DNA of 64,000 nt from Escherichia coli (GTDB taxonomy: Bacteria > Pseudomonadota > Gammaproteobacteria > Enterobacterales > Enterobacteriaceae): assembly GCF_003790525.1 (NCBI RefSeq), contig NZ_CP033635.1; one strand, written 5' to 3'. The translations under genes and the position numbers were made by a program. Of the stretch, positions 11,588-21,305 are shown in pieces; position 1 is the stretch's first letter; each line of letters begins with the position of its first letter. Below the pieces are notes generated by a model, which searched no databases, had not been told where the DNA came from, and saw nothing but the letters and a program-made list of their open reading frames with translations.

Positions 11588-12493
11588 ATGGTACAAAGTA
11601 TCAATCTTCTTCGAACCAGTGATACTCCTATGGCTTATAGCATCGATATCATCTCCTGCATTACCGAACGGTTTATGGCGTTAACAGCCACTGAAAAGCG
11701 TATCGCACAATTTATTCTTGATGACGTCTCTGCCGCAGTAGAGTTGCCAATTGCTGAGCTGGCACGGTTAACGCAAACCAGTCAGGCGTCGGTGACGCGT
11801 TTTGCCCGTGCACTGGGGTGCAAAGATGTCCGCGAGTTGAAAGTCAAACTGGCGCAGTCACTGGCTGTCGGGCAGCGGTTTATTCTCGATGTACCGGATC
11901 TTGACGGTGTTCAGGGGATCTACGAAGCGATTATTAGCGTGCTGGAGACGCATCGTCGTTCGCTGGATATGAATGCCATCAGCCAGGCTGTAAGCTGGTT
12001 AAGTCAGGCGCGGCAAATTCTTGCGTTAGGAACTGGCGGCGGTTCCACTATCTGTTCACAGGAGATTCAGTACCGTTTATTCCGTCTGGGGCTACCGGTG
12101 GTCAGTCAGAATGATGCCCTGATGATGAGAATGATGTGCTCGGCAGTCATGCCGCAGGATGTGGTGATTGTGCTTTCGCTGGGCGGTTATACACCGGAAA
12201 TCATCGAAAGTGCGGCAATCGCCCGTCAGTATGGCGCGCGTGTTATTGCCATTACGCCAGCACAAACACCGCTGGCGGAACAGGTGGATCTGGTATTGCC
12301 GTTACTGGTTCAGGAAAGTGATTACATCTTTAAGCCCACCCCTTCCCGCTACGCGATGTTAGCCATGGTCGATGTACTGGCAACAGAACTGGCAATGGCA
12401 AATAAAGCGCAGGCGAAAGATCGCCTGCGGCGGATAAAACTCGTGTTAGACAGCCACCGTGGGGGCGCTAACCGCCAGCCACTTGGCGATTAG
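11588..12493 (+). CDS. RpiR/MurR-family transcriptional regulator (HTH + SIS domain)
   Basis: 301-aa ORF; N-terminal HTH (EKRIAQFILDDVSAAVELPIAELARLTQTSQASVTRFARALG) and C-terminal SIS-like region; true start may be an internal Met. Confidence 0.7.
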   Translation: MVQSINLLRTSDTPMAYSIDIISCITERFMALTATEKRIAQFILDDVSAAVELPIAELARLTQTSQASVTRFARALGCKDVRELKVKLAQSLAVGQRFILDVPDLDGVQGIYEAIISVLETHRRSLDMNAISQAVSWLSQARQILALGTGGGSTICSQEIQYRLFRLGLPVVSQNDALMMRMMCSAVMPQDVVIVLSLGGYTPEIIESAAIARQYGARVIAITPAQTPLAEQVDLVLPLLVQESDYIFKPTPSRYAMLAMVDVLATELAMANKAQAKDRLRRIKLVLDSHRGGANRQPLGD

Positions 12494-12502
12494 CATTGTC
12501 GG

Positions 12503-13972
12503 TTATGCTTCTTCAGGTTTGGTGATCACGACACTCTGGTTTTCACGCTCATTGGTGATAATAGCCAAAGCTTCTTCCCGGCTGACCTGACTTGCTGGCG
12601 TTACCAACGTCACCAGTACGCCAGCGACCAGGCTGCCCAGCACTGACGGAATACACGGGTTACCCCAGTAAGCCAGCCAGTCGGCATTCATCAGCACCAC
12701 AATTGACATCACCATACCACTCACTAACGCCGCCAGCGCGCCCTGCCAGTTAAAGCGTAGCCAGAAGCGACCGAGAATCGAGCAGATAAACAACCCGGAC
12801 ATCAGCATCGAAATCATTTTGGTAATGTAGCTGATGATGTCGTTAGAGGTCAGAGCAAAGACCAGCGCCAGGCCAATAACAAAGGTCAACATCCAGCGTG
12901 AGTAAGTGATTGCCTTATCCTCCGGCGGCATTCTGCCGGTAATCATGGTGTAGACGTCGCGCATCATAATCGCCACCGCCGCGATGGCATCGGAGCTGGC
13001 AGAAGACATGGTGGCTGAAAGCCCGGCAATCAGCACCACCAGCCCAAGAATGGCAGGTAAGAAACTGGTCGCGAACAAGAAGGCGTAGTTGCTGTTTTCC
13101 AGATTTGGGTTCATGGTGAACGCCGCCATGCCGATAATGGCAGGCAAAATCGAGAAGAACAGATATAACACCCCAGTAATAACAAACGAACGGCGTACAG
13201 AGGGAACATCTTTACCCGAGTAAATACGCTGGCGATAAGACGGTGTTGCCAGCACACCTACGCCAATAACCAGTGCCAGCGAAAGCGCAGGCAGCACGCC
13301 CATTTTATCAATCGCAAACAGGCTCATCGCTTTTGGGTCCATCGCCTGCTCAATCGCACTCCAGCCGCCAACGTGAACAACGGCAAGAATAGCCATTAAT
13401 ATAAAGCCAAAGAACAGAATTAGGGCCTGAATAGTATCTGTCCACACTACCGCCGAATAACCGCCGATAATAACGTAAATCGCAAAAGCTAAGGCAATAA
13501 TTAATTTTGCCACCGTAAGATCAATACCTGTTGCCCAGGCAAGATACATACTTCCACCTAATATATGCGCCCCCAGCCAGCCAATAGAGGCAATAAATAT
13601 CATCAGGCCGACAATATTTTTAATTAAATGGCTGCCGCCAGTATAATAAGATATTTCTTCACTCATGGTCATAAATCGTAATTTACGTACCGGTGCAAAC
13701 AGCCACGCCACCAGTAATATACCTACGGCCCCACCGACGCCATAAAGCATTCCGGCCCAGCCATTGCTGTAGCCAAAGCCCACTGCGCCCATACTGGAAC
13801 CCGTGCCAACCATCGTGGCAACGGTTGACCCCAGCGTCAGAAACAGCGGCAGCGAACGCCCGCCCAGCAGAAAATCTTCTCCGCTTTTCTGATTACGAGA
13901 AACAAACCAACCAAGCCAAATCATGGCGATGGCATAAATAATAAAGCCGACTAAAAAGATATGACTGTTCAT
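12503..13972 (-). CDS. Sodium:solute symporter (SSS family) transporter
   Basis: 489-aa polytopic membrane protein; first gene of minus-strand unit with RidA and D-aminoacylase. Confidence 0.7.
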   Translation of the reverse strand: MNSHIFLVGFIIYAIAMIWLGWFVSRNQKSGEDFLLGGRSLPLFLTLGSTVATMVGTGSSMGAVGFGYSNGWAGMLYGVGGAVGILLVAWLFAPVRKLRFMTMSEEISYYTGGSHLIKNIVGLMIFIASIGWLGAHILGGSMYLAWATGIDLTVAKLIIALAFAIYVIIGGYSAVVWTDTIQALILFFGFILMAILAVVHVGGWSAIEQAMDPKAMSLFAIDKMGVLPALSLALVIGVGVLATPSYRQRIYSGKDVPSVRRSFVITGVLYLFFSILPAIIGMAAFTMNPNLENSNYAFLFATSFLPAILGLVVLIAGLSATMSSASSDAIAAVAIMMRDVYTMITGRMPPEDKAITYSRWMLTFVIGLALVFALTSNDIISYITKMISMLMSGLFICSILGRFWLRFNWQGALAALVSGMVMSIVVLMNADWLAYWGNPCIPSVLGSLVAGVLVTLVTPASQVSREEALAIITNERENQSVVITKPEEA

Positions 13973-14074
13973 AATTCACATCCTGCCAGTAGAGAGAAAT
14001 TAATGTAAGAGTTCCCGGAGTGCTGAATGTATTCAGCACTCAATTGCGGTCTGTTTTTTTAATTCTTAAATTTA

Positions 14075-14470
14075 TTAGCGGGTCGCGTTATAACAGGTCA
14101 CATCGACTTCGACTTTACAATCGACAACCAGATCAGCCACACAACAAATACGTGCAGGTGGATTCTCGCCAAAAAATTCTCTGAATACTTTATTAAATGA
14201 CTGGAAATAGCGGGCGTCGGTCAGGATCACTTTCACGTGAACCACATCCACCAGGCTATAACCGGCTTCAGTCATGATGTCGACACAGTTTTGAATCGCC
14301 AGTCGTGACTGTTCAACGATTCCGCCTTCTACCACTTCACCGTTTTTCATGGGTGTTTGCCCGGAGACGTACAGCCAGCCGCCCGCCTCAACCGCCCTGG
14401 CAAAAGGCAAATGCTGCCCGCCAGTGCCTGTTCCACCTTCCGTACCGTAACGTTTAATGCTCATATTCAC
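14075..14470 (-). CDS. RidA/YjgF-family reactive enamine/imine deaminase
   Basis: 131 aa, size and sequence typical of RidA/YjgF/TdcF family; 3 nt downstream of the aminoacylase gene. Confidence 0.7.
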   Translation of the reverse strand: MNMSIKRYGTEGGTGTGGQHLPFARAVEAGGWLYVSGQTPMKNGEVVEGGIVEQSRLAIQNCVDIMTEAGYSLVDVVHVKVILTDARYFQSFNKVFREFFGENPPARICCVADLVVDCKVEVDVTCYNATR

Positions 14471-14473
14471 TCC

Positions 14474-15925
14474 TTAATGTGAGGTCTGCCGGCGCAGGAA
14501 GCGTCCCGCACGGCCTGTAATATGTTTATCGGGACCATAGCTCATAACGCCGTTCACCATCACCGCCTCAATGCCATCTGCCGGGCGTTTGGGATCAGAA
14601 AAGCTGGCAACATCACGAATGGTTTGTGGATCGAACAACACCAGGTCCGCAAAATAGCCAACTTTCACCAGCCCACGCTGGGGCAGGCGAAAACGGCTGG
14701 CAGAAAGCCCGGTCATTTTGTGGATAGCCGTGGTCAGTGGGAATAAGCCTTCATCACGGCAATAGTGGCCCAGCACGCGAGGGAAGGCGCCCCATAAACG
14801 TGGATGCGGCATGGGATCATTGGGCAGGCCGTCAGAGCCAATCATACTGACCGGATAACTCAACACTCGGCGGACGTCGCGCTCGTCCATGTTGTAATAG
14901 ATAGCCCCGGCAGGCATTAGCAGCTTCGCGGCCTCCAGCATACTCATCTGCCAGTCGATGGCGATTTGCGCCAGTGTTTTCCCGGCCTGCTGCGGATGTG
15001 TTTGTGACCAGGTGATCACAATATCGAATTCGTCGGTGACTTGTTTGAGATCCAGCGTTGAAGAGCTGGCTGAGTAAGGGTAGACATCGCAGCCAATTTC
15101 CTGGTGTTGACGCATTTGGTCAAAAAAGGCCAACGTTTCTTTTGTCCGCCCCCAGTTTTTCGCCCCGGCGCATTTATGGTGGGAAACCACGACAGGCACT
15201 TTGCCATGACGCCCAATACGAAACGCCTCATCCAGGGCATCGAGAATCGGTTCAAATTCAGAACGCAGATGGGTGGTATAAACGCCCTTCTCACCGGCTA
15301 ATTCTTCCGCCAGCGCCATGACTTCTTCGGTAGTCGCCTGAAATGCCGTTGCATAGGCCAGCCCGGAACTTAACCCCAGCGCCCCCTGACTCAACGCCAG
15401 ACGTAAGTCGGCACGCATAGCGGCAATTTCATCCACCGTCGCCGGGCGAAACAGGTCGTCCATATGGTTATTACGCAGCGCCGTATGACCAATCAGCGTG
15501 CCAACGTTCAGTGACGGCCTGGCTGCTTCCACTGCCTGGGCATAGCTTTCAACGGTAGGATAAATAAAGTGCTCTGCTTCCCCCAACAGATTCATCGGGT
15601 CAGGAACTTCACCTTTCATTTTCGCCGACGCCGCACTAATCCCGCAGTTACCGACAATCACCGTAGTGATCCCCTGGCTGATCTTTGGCAGATATTCCGG
15701 GATGCGAATAACGTTGATATCGTCATGGGTATGAACGTCGATAAACCCTGGTGCCAGCACCCGCCCTTCCCCGTCAATGACCTGCTGCGCCGTAACGTTA
15801 AGCGCAGGGGCAATATCGACAATCCGATCACCTGTTATTGCCACGTCACCGCGAAATTCAGGGCCGCCGCTACCGTCGATAACGGTCACATTTTTGATTA
15901 ACCAGTCAACCTGCATGTTCGTCAC
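14474..15925 (-). CDS. N-acyl-D-amino-acid deacylase (D-aminoacylase), amidohydrolase superfamily
   Basis: 483 aa; metal-binding GFIDVHTHDD, and blocks PKISQGITTVIVGNCGIS, VPVVVSHHK, MIGSDGLP, HPRLWGAFPRVLGHY that match D-aminoacylases as I recall them. Confidence 0.8.
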   Translation of the reverse strand: MTNMQVDWLIKNVTVIDGSGGPEFRGDVAITGDRIVDIAPALNVTAQQVIDGEGRVLAPGFIDVHTHDDINVIRIPEYLPKISQGITTVIVGNCGISAASAKMKGEVPDPMNLLGEAEHFIYPTVESYAQAVEAARPSLNVGTLIGHTALRNNHMDDLFRPATVDEIAAMRADLRLALSQGALGLSSGLAYATAFQATTEEVMALAEELAGEKGVYTTHLRSEFEPILDALDEAFRIGRHGKVPVVVSHHKCAGAKNWGRTKETLAFFDQMRQHQEIGCDVYPYSASSSTLDLKQVTDEFDIVITWSQTHPQQAGKTLAQIAIDWQMSMLEAAKLLMPAGAIYYNMDERDVRRVLSYPVSMIGSDGLPNDPMPHPRLWGAFPRVLGHYCRDEGLFPLTTAIHKMTGLSASRFRLPQRGLVKVGYFADLVLFDPQTIRDVASFSDPKRPADGIEAVMVNGVMSYGPDKHITGRAGRFLRRQTSH

Positions 15926-16116
15926 TCCATTTCTGCAATGGTGACAAGTTAACCATTTACAAGGACGAAAAACAGTGGAAAACTACGCAAAACCCAGATG
16001 ATTTTATGATACTTTTATTCATAAATAATAAGATAAATAAACTAAATATTTATATTTCATTTAGTTACAAATGATACTCACATCCGATACGGTGAAAAAC
16101 TTAAAAGGTAAATGTT

Positions 16117-17337
16117 ATGAAATACCACTCAGAACCTCTGGTTCCCCATAAATCTGCCCTGATGCAAATGCCCGCAAATCTCCTTGCCGAAGATGTCTGT
16201 TTACCTGCCGCGATCATTAAAAAGCAGGCCCTGGAGAACAACATTACGTGGATGCAACGCTACGCTGACGCGCGCGGCGTTTCACTGGCACCGCACGGTA
16301 AAACCACCATGACGCCGTGGATTTTTCAGGCGCAGCAGGCGGCTGGTGCCTGGGCAATAGGTGTCGGTAGCGCATGGCAGGCTGGTGCGGCAATGGCGAG
16401 CGGTATTCAGCGAGTGCTGATGGTTAACCAGCTGGTCGGCAAGGCGAATATGCAGTTGATTGCCCAGTTGCAACGACATTACCCGACGGTCGATTTTATC
16501 AGCTGTATCGACAGCATTGAGAACGCCCGCGCTTTGTCTGCCTTTTTTGCCAGTCAGCAACAGACACTGAACGTGATGATTGAGTTGGGTGTCCCCGGCG
16601 GGCGCTGTGGTTGCCGCTCAAGGGATGCCGCACTGACACTGGCTAAACAGGCAGCCCAATTACCGGGGTTACGCCTGCGGGGGCTTGAGTTATATGAAGG
16701 CGTTTTACACGGTGACGATCCACAACCGCAGGTAGAAGCTCTGCTGCGGGATGCCGCACAACTGGCCTGTGATATGGCAAGTCTGGTTGATGGCGAGTTT
16801 ATTCTCACCGGAGCAGGCACGGTCTGGTATGACGTGGTGTGCAATATCTGGCTGGCGGCAGAAAAGCCTGATAACTGCCGCATTGTTATTCGCCCTGGCT
16901 GCTACATCACTCACGACACCGGGATCTACGACGCGGCACAACAACAGTTGCTTGCCCGTGATCCTGTGGCTTGCGATCTGGCAGGCGATCTCACATCTGC
17001 ACTGGAACTGGTCGCCATGGTGCAATCGGTGCCGGAAGCTGATCGTGCGGTGGTTAATTTTGGTAAGCGTGATTGCGCCTTCGACGCCGGACTGCCGCAA
17101 CCAGTCGCCCACTATCGCAACGGCAAATCACTGGCATTTGATCCACAGGCGATTCGCAGTACAGGCATTATGGATCAGCACTGCATGTTGCAGTTGGGTG
17201 CCGACAGCGACGTGCAAGTGGGGGATATTCTGGTGTTTGGCACATCGCATCCGTGCCTGACCTTCGACAAATGGAAAACGTTGTTATTGACTGATGACGA
17301 CTACAACGTACTGGCAGAATTAGACACTCTCTTCTAA
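16117..17337 (+). CDS. PLP-dependent D-amino-acid dehydratase/aldolase, alanine-racemase-N fold (DSD1-like)
   Basis: 406 aa; candidate PLP lysine in APHGKTTM; divergent from the aminoacylase unit across an AT-rich promoter region. Confidence 0.6.
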   Translation: MKYHSEPLVPHKSALMQMPANLLAEDVCLPAAIIKKQALENNITWMQRYADARGVSLAPHGKTTMTPWIFQAQQAAGAWAIGVGSAWQAGAAMASGIQRVLMVNQLVGKANMQLIAQLQRHYPTVDFISCIDSIENARALSAFFASQQQTLNVMIELGVPGGRCGCRSRDAALTLAKQAAQLPGLRLRGLELYEGVLHGDDPQPQVEALLRDAAQLACDMASLVDGEFILTGAGTVWYDVVCNIWLAAEKPDNCRIVIRPGCYITHDTGIYDAAQQQLLARDPVACDLAGDLTSALELVAMVQSVPEADRAVVNFGKRDCAFDAGLPQPVAHYRNGKSLAFDPQAIRSTGIMDQHCMLQLGADSDVQVGDILVFGTSHPCLTFDKWKTLLLTDDDYNVLAELDTLF

Positions 17338-17604
17338 GAACGCCCCTTCGGTTAATTATCGAAGGGGCATTTTTATTGTGATCTCAATCACATATCCACC
17401 CGACGAATAATTCTTGCCCAACCGCTCACCGCCATTCCTGACCGCTTACATCCCTAAAATAACCACTCAGTTATTTACCTTACTTTACGCGCGCGTAACT
17501 CTGGCAACATCACTGCAGGATAGCGGTCAATTTACCTCCTCAAACGCAACGCAAACCTAGAACGGCTTCGGCCAACTATTAATCAATACATGCCAGGTTT
17601 TACT

Positions 17605-19755
17605 ATGGATACTAAAAAGATATTCAAGCACATACCCTGGGTGATTCTCGGAATCATCGGTGCATTCTGCCTCGCGGTAGTTGCATTACGTCGGGGGGAG
17701 CACGTCAGTGCCCTGTGGATCGTGGTCGCCTCTGTGTCGGTGTATCTGGTGGCTTATCGCTACTACAGTCTGTACATCGCCCAGAAGGTGATGAAACTCG
17801 ACCCCACGCGCGCGACGCCTGCGGTTATTAACAACGACGGTCTGAACTATGTTCCGACCAACCGTTACGTGTTGTTTGGTCACCACTTCGCCGCTATCGC
17901 CGGTGCTGGTCCGCTGGTTGGTCCGGTTCTCGCCGCGCAGATGGGCTACCTGCCTGGCACGCTGTGGCTGCTGGCGGGGGTAGTGCTGGCCGGTGCGGTA
18001 CAGGACTTTATGGTGCTGTTTATCTCCTCTCGCCGTAACGGCGCATCTCTCGGTGAGATGATCAAAGAAGAGATGGGACCAGTACCGGGGACTATCGCGC
18101 TGTTTGGCTGTTTCTTAATCATGATCATCATCCTTGCCGTCCTGGCGCTGATTGTGGTTAAAGCCCTGGCCGAAAGTCCGTGGGGTGTCTTCACCGTTTG
18201 CTCAACCGTACCGATTGCGCTGTTTATGGGTATCTACATGCGCTTTATTCGTCCGGGGCGTGTGGGTGAAGTCTCTGTCATTGGTATCGTGCTGCTGGTT
18301 GCCTCTATCTACTTCGGTGGCGTGATTGCTCACGATCCGTACTGGGGTCCGGCACTGACCTTTAAAGACACCACCATTACCTTCGCGCTGATTGGCTATG
18401 CGTTTGTTTCCGCACTGCTGCCAGTGTGGCTGATCCTCGCACCGCGCGACTATCTGGCAACCTTCCTGAAAATCGGCGTTATCGTCGGCCTGGCGCTGGG
18501 TATCGTGGTGCTGAACCCGGAACTGAAAATGCCTGCGATGACCCAGTACATTGACGGTACTGGCCCGCTGTGGAAAGGCGCTCTGTTCCCGTTCCTGTTC
18601 ATCACCATCGCCTGTGGTGCGGTATCTGGCTTCCACGCGCTGATCTCTTCCGGTACGACGCCGAAACTGCTGGCTAACGAAACCGACGCGCGTTTCATTG
18701 GCTACGGCGCAATGCTGATGGAGTCCTTCGTGGCGATTATGGCGCTGGTTGCTGCGTCCATCATCGAACCGGGTCTTTACTTCGCGATGAACACCCCGCC
18801 TGCTGGCCTTGGCATCACCATGCCTAACCTGCATGAAATGGGTGGCGAGAACGCGCCGATCATCATGGCGCAGCTGAAAGACGTTACCGCACACGCGGCA
18901 GCGACCGTCAGCTCCTGGGGCTTCGTGATTTCGCCAGAGCAGATCCTGCAAACAGCGAAAGATATTGGTGAGCCTTCTGTCCTGAACCGTGCAGGTGGTG
19001 CGCCGACGCTGGCGGTAGGTATCGCTCACGTGTTCCACAAAGTGCTGCCGATGGCTGACATGGGCTTCTGGTATCACTTCGGTATTCTGTTCGAAGCCCT
19101 GTTCATCCTGACCGCGCTGGATGCGGGTACCCGTTCTGGCCGCTTTATGCTGCAAGACCTGCTGGGTAACTTCATCCCGTTCCTGAAAAAAACCGACTCT
19201 CTGGTTGCCGGTATCATCGGTACTGCGGGCTGTGTGGGTCTGTGGGGGTACCTGCTGTATCAGGGCGTGGTCGATCCGCTGGGCGGCGTTAAGAGCCTGT
19301 GGCCGCTGTTCGGTATCTCCAACCAGATGCTGGCAGCCGTAGCGCTGGTACTGGGCACCGTTGTGCTGATTAAGATGAAGCGCACCCAATACATCTGGGT
19401 AACTGTTGTTCCGGCTGTATGGCTGCTTATCTGCACCACCTGGGCGCTGGGCCTGAAACTGTTCAGCACCAACCCGCAGATGGAAGGCTTCTTCTACATG
19501 GCAAGCCAGTACAAAGAGAAGATTGCTAACGGTACTGACCTGACGGCACAGCAGATTGCCAACATGAACCACATCGTTGTGAACAACTACACCAACGCGG
19601 GCCTGAGTATTCTGTTCCTGATTGTGGTGTACAGCATCATCTTCTACGGTTTCAAAACCTGGCTGAAGGTGCGTAACAGCGACAAACGTACTGACAAAGA
19701 AACTCCGTACGTTCCAATCCCGGAAGGCGGCGTGAAGATCTCTTCGCACCACTAA
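17605..19755 (+). CDS. btsT: Pyruvate/H+ symporter BtsT (CstA family)
   Basis: ORF 17590..19755; start set at MDTKKIFKHIPW to give 716 aa; recognised as YjiY/BtsT. Confidence 0.95.
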   Translation: MDTKKIFKHIPWVILGIIGAFCLAVVALRRGEHVSALWIVVASVSVYLVAYRYYSLYIAQKVMKLDPTRATPAVINNDGLNYVPTNRYVLFGHHFAAIAGAGPLVGPVLAAQMGYLPGTLWLLAGVVLAGAVQDFMVLFISSRRNGASLGEMIKEEMGPVPGTIALFGCFLIMIIILAVLALIVVKALAESPWGVFTVCSTVPIALFMGIYMRFIRPGRVGEVSVIGIVLLVASIYFGGVIAHDPYWGPALTFKDTTITFALIGYAFVSALLPVWLILAPRDYLATFLKIGVIVGLALGIVVLNPELKMPAMTQYIDGTGPLWKGALFPFLFITIACGAVSGFHALISSGTTPKLLANETDARFIGYGAMLMESFVAIMALVAASIIEPGLYFAMNTPPAGLGITMPNLHEMGGENAPIIMAQLKDVTAHAAATVSSWGFVISPEQILQTAKDIGEPSVLNRAGGAPTLAVGIAHVFHKVLPMADMGFWYHFGILFEALFILTALDAGTRSGRFMLQDLLGNFIPFLKKTDSLVAGIIGTAGCVGLWGYLLYQGVVDPLGGVKSLWPLFGISNQMLAAVALVLGTVVLIKMKRTQYIWVTVVPAVWLLICTTWALGLKLFSTNPQMEGFFYMASQYKEKIANGTDLTAQQIANMNHIVVNNYTNAGLSILFLIVVYSIIFYGFKTWLKVRNSDKRTDKETPYVPIPEGGVKISSHH

Positions 19756-19763
19756 CCGTGTTT

Positions 19764-19791
19764 AGCCCCGCTTCGGCGGGGCTTTGTTCTT
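19764..19791 (+). terminator. Intrinsic terminator after btsT
   Basis: GC-rich hairpin agccccgc-ttcg-gcggggct followed by ttgttctt. Confidence 0.7.
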
Positions 19792-19804
19792 ATCAGAGTG
19801 AACT

Positions 19805-20008
19805 ATGTTTGGTAACTTAGGACAGGCAAAAAAATATCTCGGCCAGGCGGCGAAGATGTTGATTGGCATTCCAGACTACGACAACTACGTCGAGCATATG
19901 AAGACCAACCATCCCGACAAGCCGTACATGAGCTATGAAGAATTCTTCCGCGAACGCCAGAACGCGCGCTACGGCGGCGATGGTAAAGGCGGTATGCGCT
20001 GTTGTTAA
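19805..20008 (+). CDS. yjiX: YjiX (DUF466-family small protein)
   Basis: 67-aa ORF immediately downstream of btsT, conserved partner in K-12. Confidence 0.85.
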
Positions 20009-20018
20009 TGGAGAGAGC

Positions 20019-20975
20019 ATGAACCCGATTGCAGTTACCCTACTCACCGGTTTTTTAGGCGCGGGCAAAACCACCCTGCTGCGCCATATTCTTAATGAAC
20101 AGCACGGCTACAAAATTGCCGTGATTGAAAACGAATTCGGCGAAGTCTCCGTTGATGATCAACTGATTGGCGATCGCGCCACGCAGATCAAAACGCTGAC
20201 CAACGGCTGCATCTGTTGTTCGCGCTCCAACGAGCTGGAGGACGCGCTACTCGACCTGCTGGATAATCTCGACAAGGGCAATATTCAGTTCGACCGTCTG
20301 GTCATTGAATGCACAGGCATGGCCGATCCCGGCCCGATTATTCAGACCTTTTTCTCCCATGAGATTTTATGCCAGCGTTACCTGCTGGACGGCGTGATTG
20401 CGCTGGTGGATGCGGTACATGCCGATGAGCAGATGAACCAGTTCACCATCGCCCAGTCACAGGTTGGCTACGCCGACCGTATTCTGCTGACTAAAACCGA
20501 CGTCGCAGGTGAAGCAGAAAAACTGCGCGAACGCCTGGCACGCATCAACGCCCGCGCACCGGTCTACACCGTCACCCACGGCGACATCGACCTGGGCCTG
20601 TTGTTCAACACCAACGGTTTTATGCTGGAAGAAAACGTCGTCAGCACCAAACCGCGTTTCCACTTTATCGCGGATAAACAAAACGATATTTCGTCGATTG
20701 TGGTGGAACTGGATTACCCGGTAGATATCAGCGAAGTTTCCCGCGTGATGGAAAACCTGCTGCTGGAATCGGCGGATAAACTGCTGCGTTACAAAGGGAT
20801 GCTGTGGATTGACGGCGAACCTAACCGCCTGCTGTTCCAGGGTGTCCAGCGCCTCTACAGCGCCGACTGGGACAGGCCATGGGGCGATGAAAAACCGCAT
20901 AGCACGATGGTGTTTATCGGGATTCAGCTGCCGGAGGAAGAGATTCGGGCGGCGTTTGCGGGGTTAAGGAAGTAA
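20019..20975 (+). CDS. yjiA: Zn-associated P-loop GTPase YjiA (CobW/COG0523 family)
   Basis: Start at MNPIAVTLLTGFLGAGKTTLL (P-loop), 318 aa; CxCC motif NGCICCS. Confidence 0.9.
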   Translation: MNPIAVTLLTGFLGAGKTTLLRHILNEQHGYKIAVIENEFGEVSVDDQLIGDRATQIKTLTNGCICCSRSNELEDALLDLLDNLDKGNIQFDRLVIECTGMADPGPIIQTFFSHEILCQRYLLDGVIALVDAVHADEQMNQFTIAQSQVGYADRILLTKTDVAGEAEKLRERLARINARAPVYTVTHGDIDLGLLFNTNGFMLEENVVSTKPRFHFIADKQNDISSIVVELDYPVDISEVSRVMENLLLESADKLLRYKGMLWIDGEPNRLLFQGVQRLYSADWDRPWGDEKPHSTMVFIGIQLPEEEIRAAFAGLRK

Positions 20976-21305
20976 TACCCTTAACCTACTAATACGAAGC
21001 GGACGAGGATAAAACCCTATCATTTTCCGTTCGCTTCACTATTTTATTTCGTTCCAACACCCATTAAAATTAAAAATATAATTCTGCCATAATTTCCTGA
21101 ACACAGATGTAATTACATTGCCACCACTCATACTTTTAAAAATAATTTATATGATAGACGTCCTATTGAGGCGTAATAGATGTATTAATTTCCAAATACG
21201 CAAACATTCTGGTACAGTCCAAAAAAGAAAAATCATCAACCAAAACAATCAGCAAATAAATTAACAACGATTGAATCATAATCAACACGAATACAAGAGA
21301 TTAAC

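Noticed and set aside
18202-19752. 516-aa ORF on the minus strand
   Set aside because: Entirely antisense to the well-supported btsT gene; His/Arg/Gln-rich low-complexity translation typical of a spurious antisense frame in a GC-rich membrane-protein gene.
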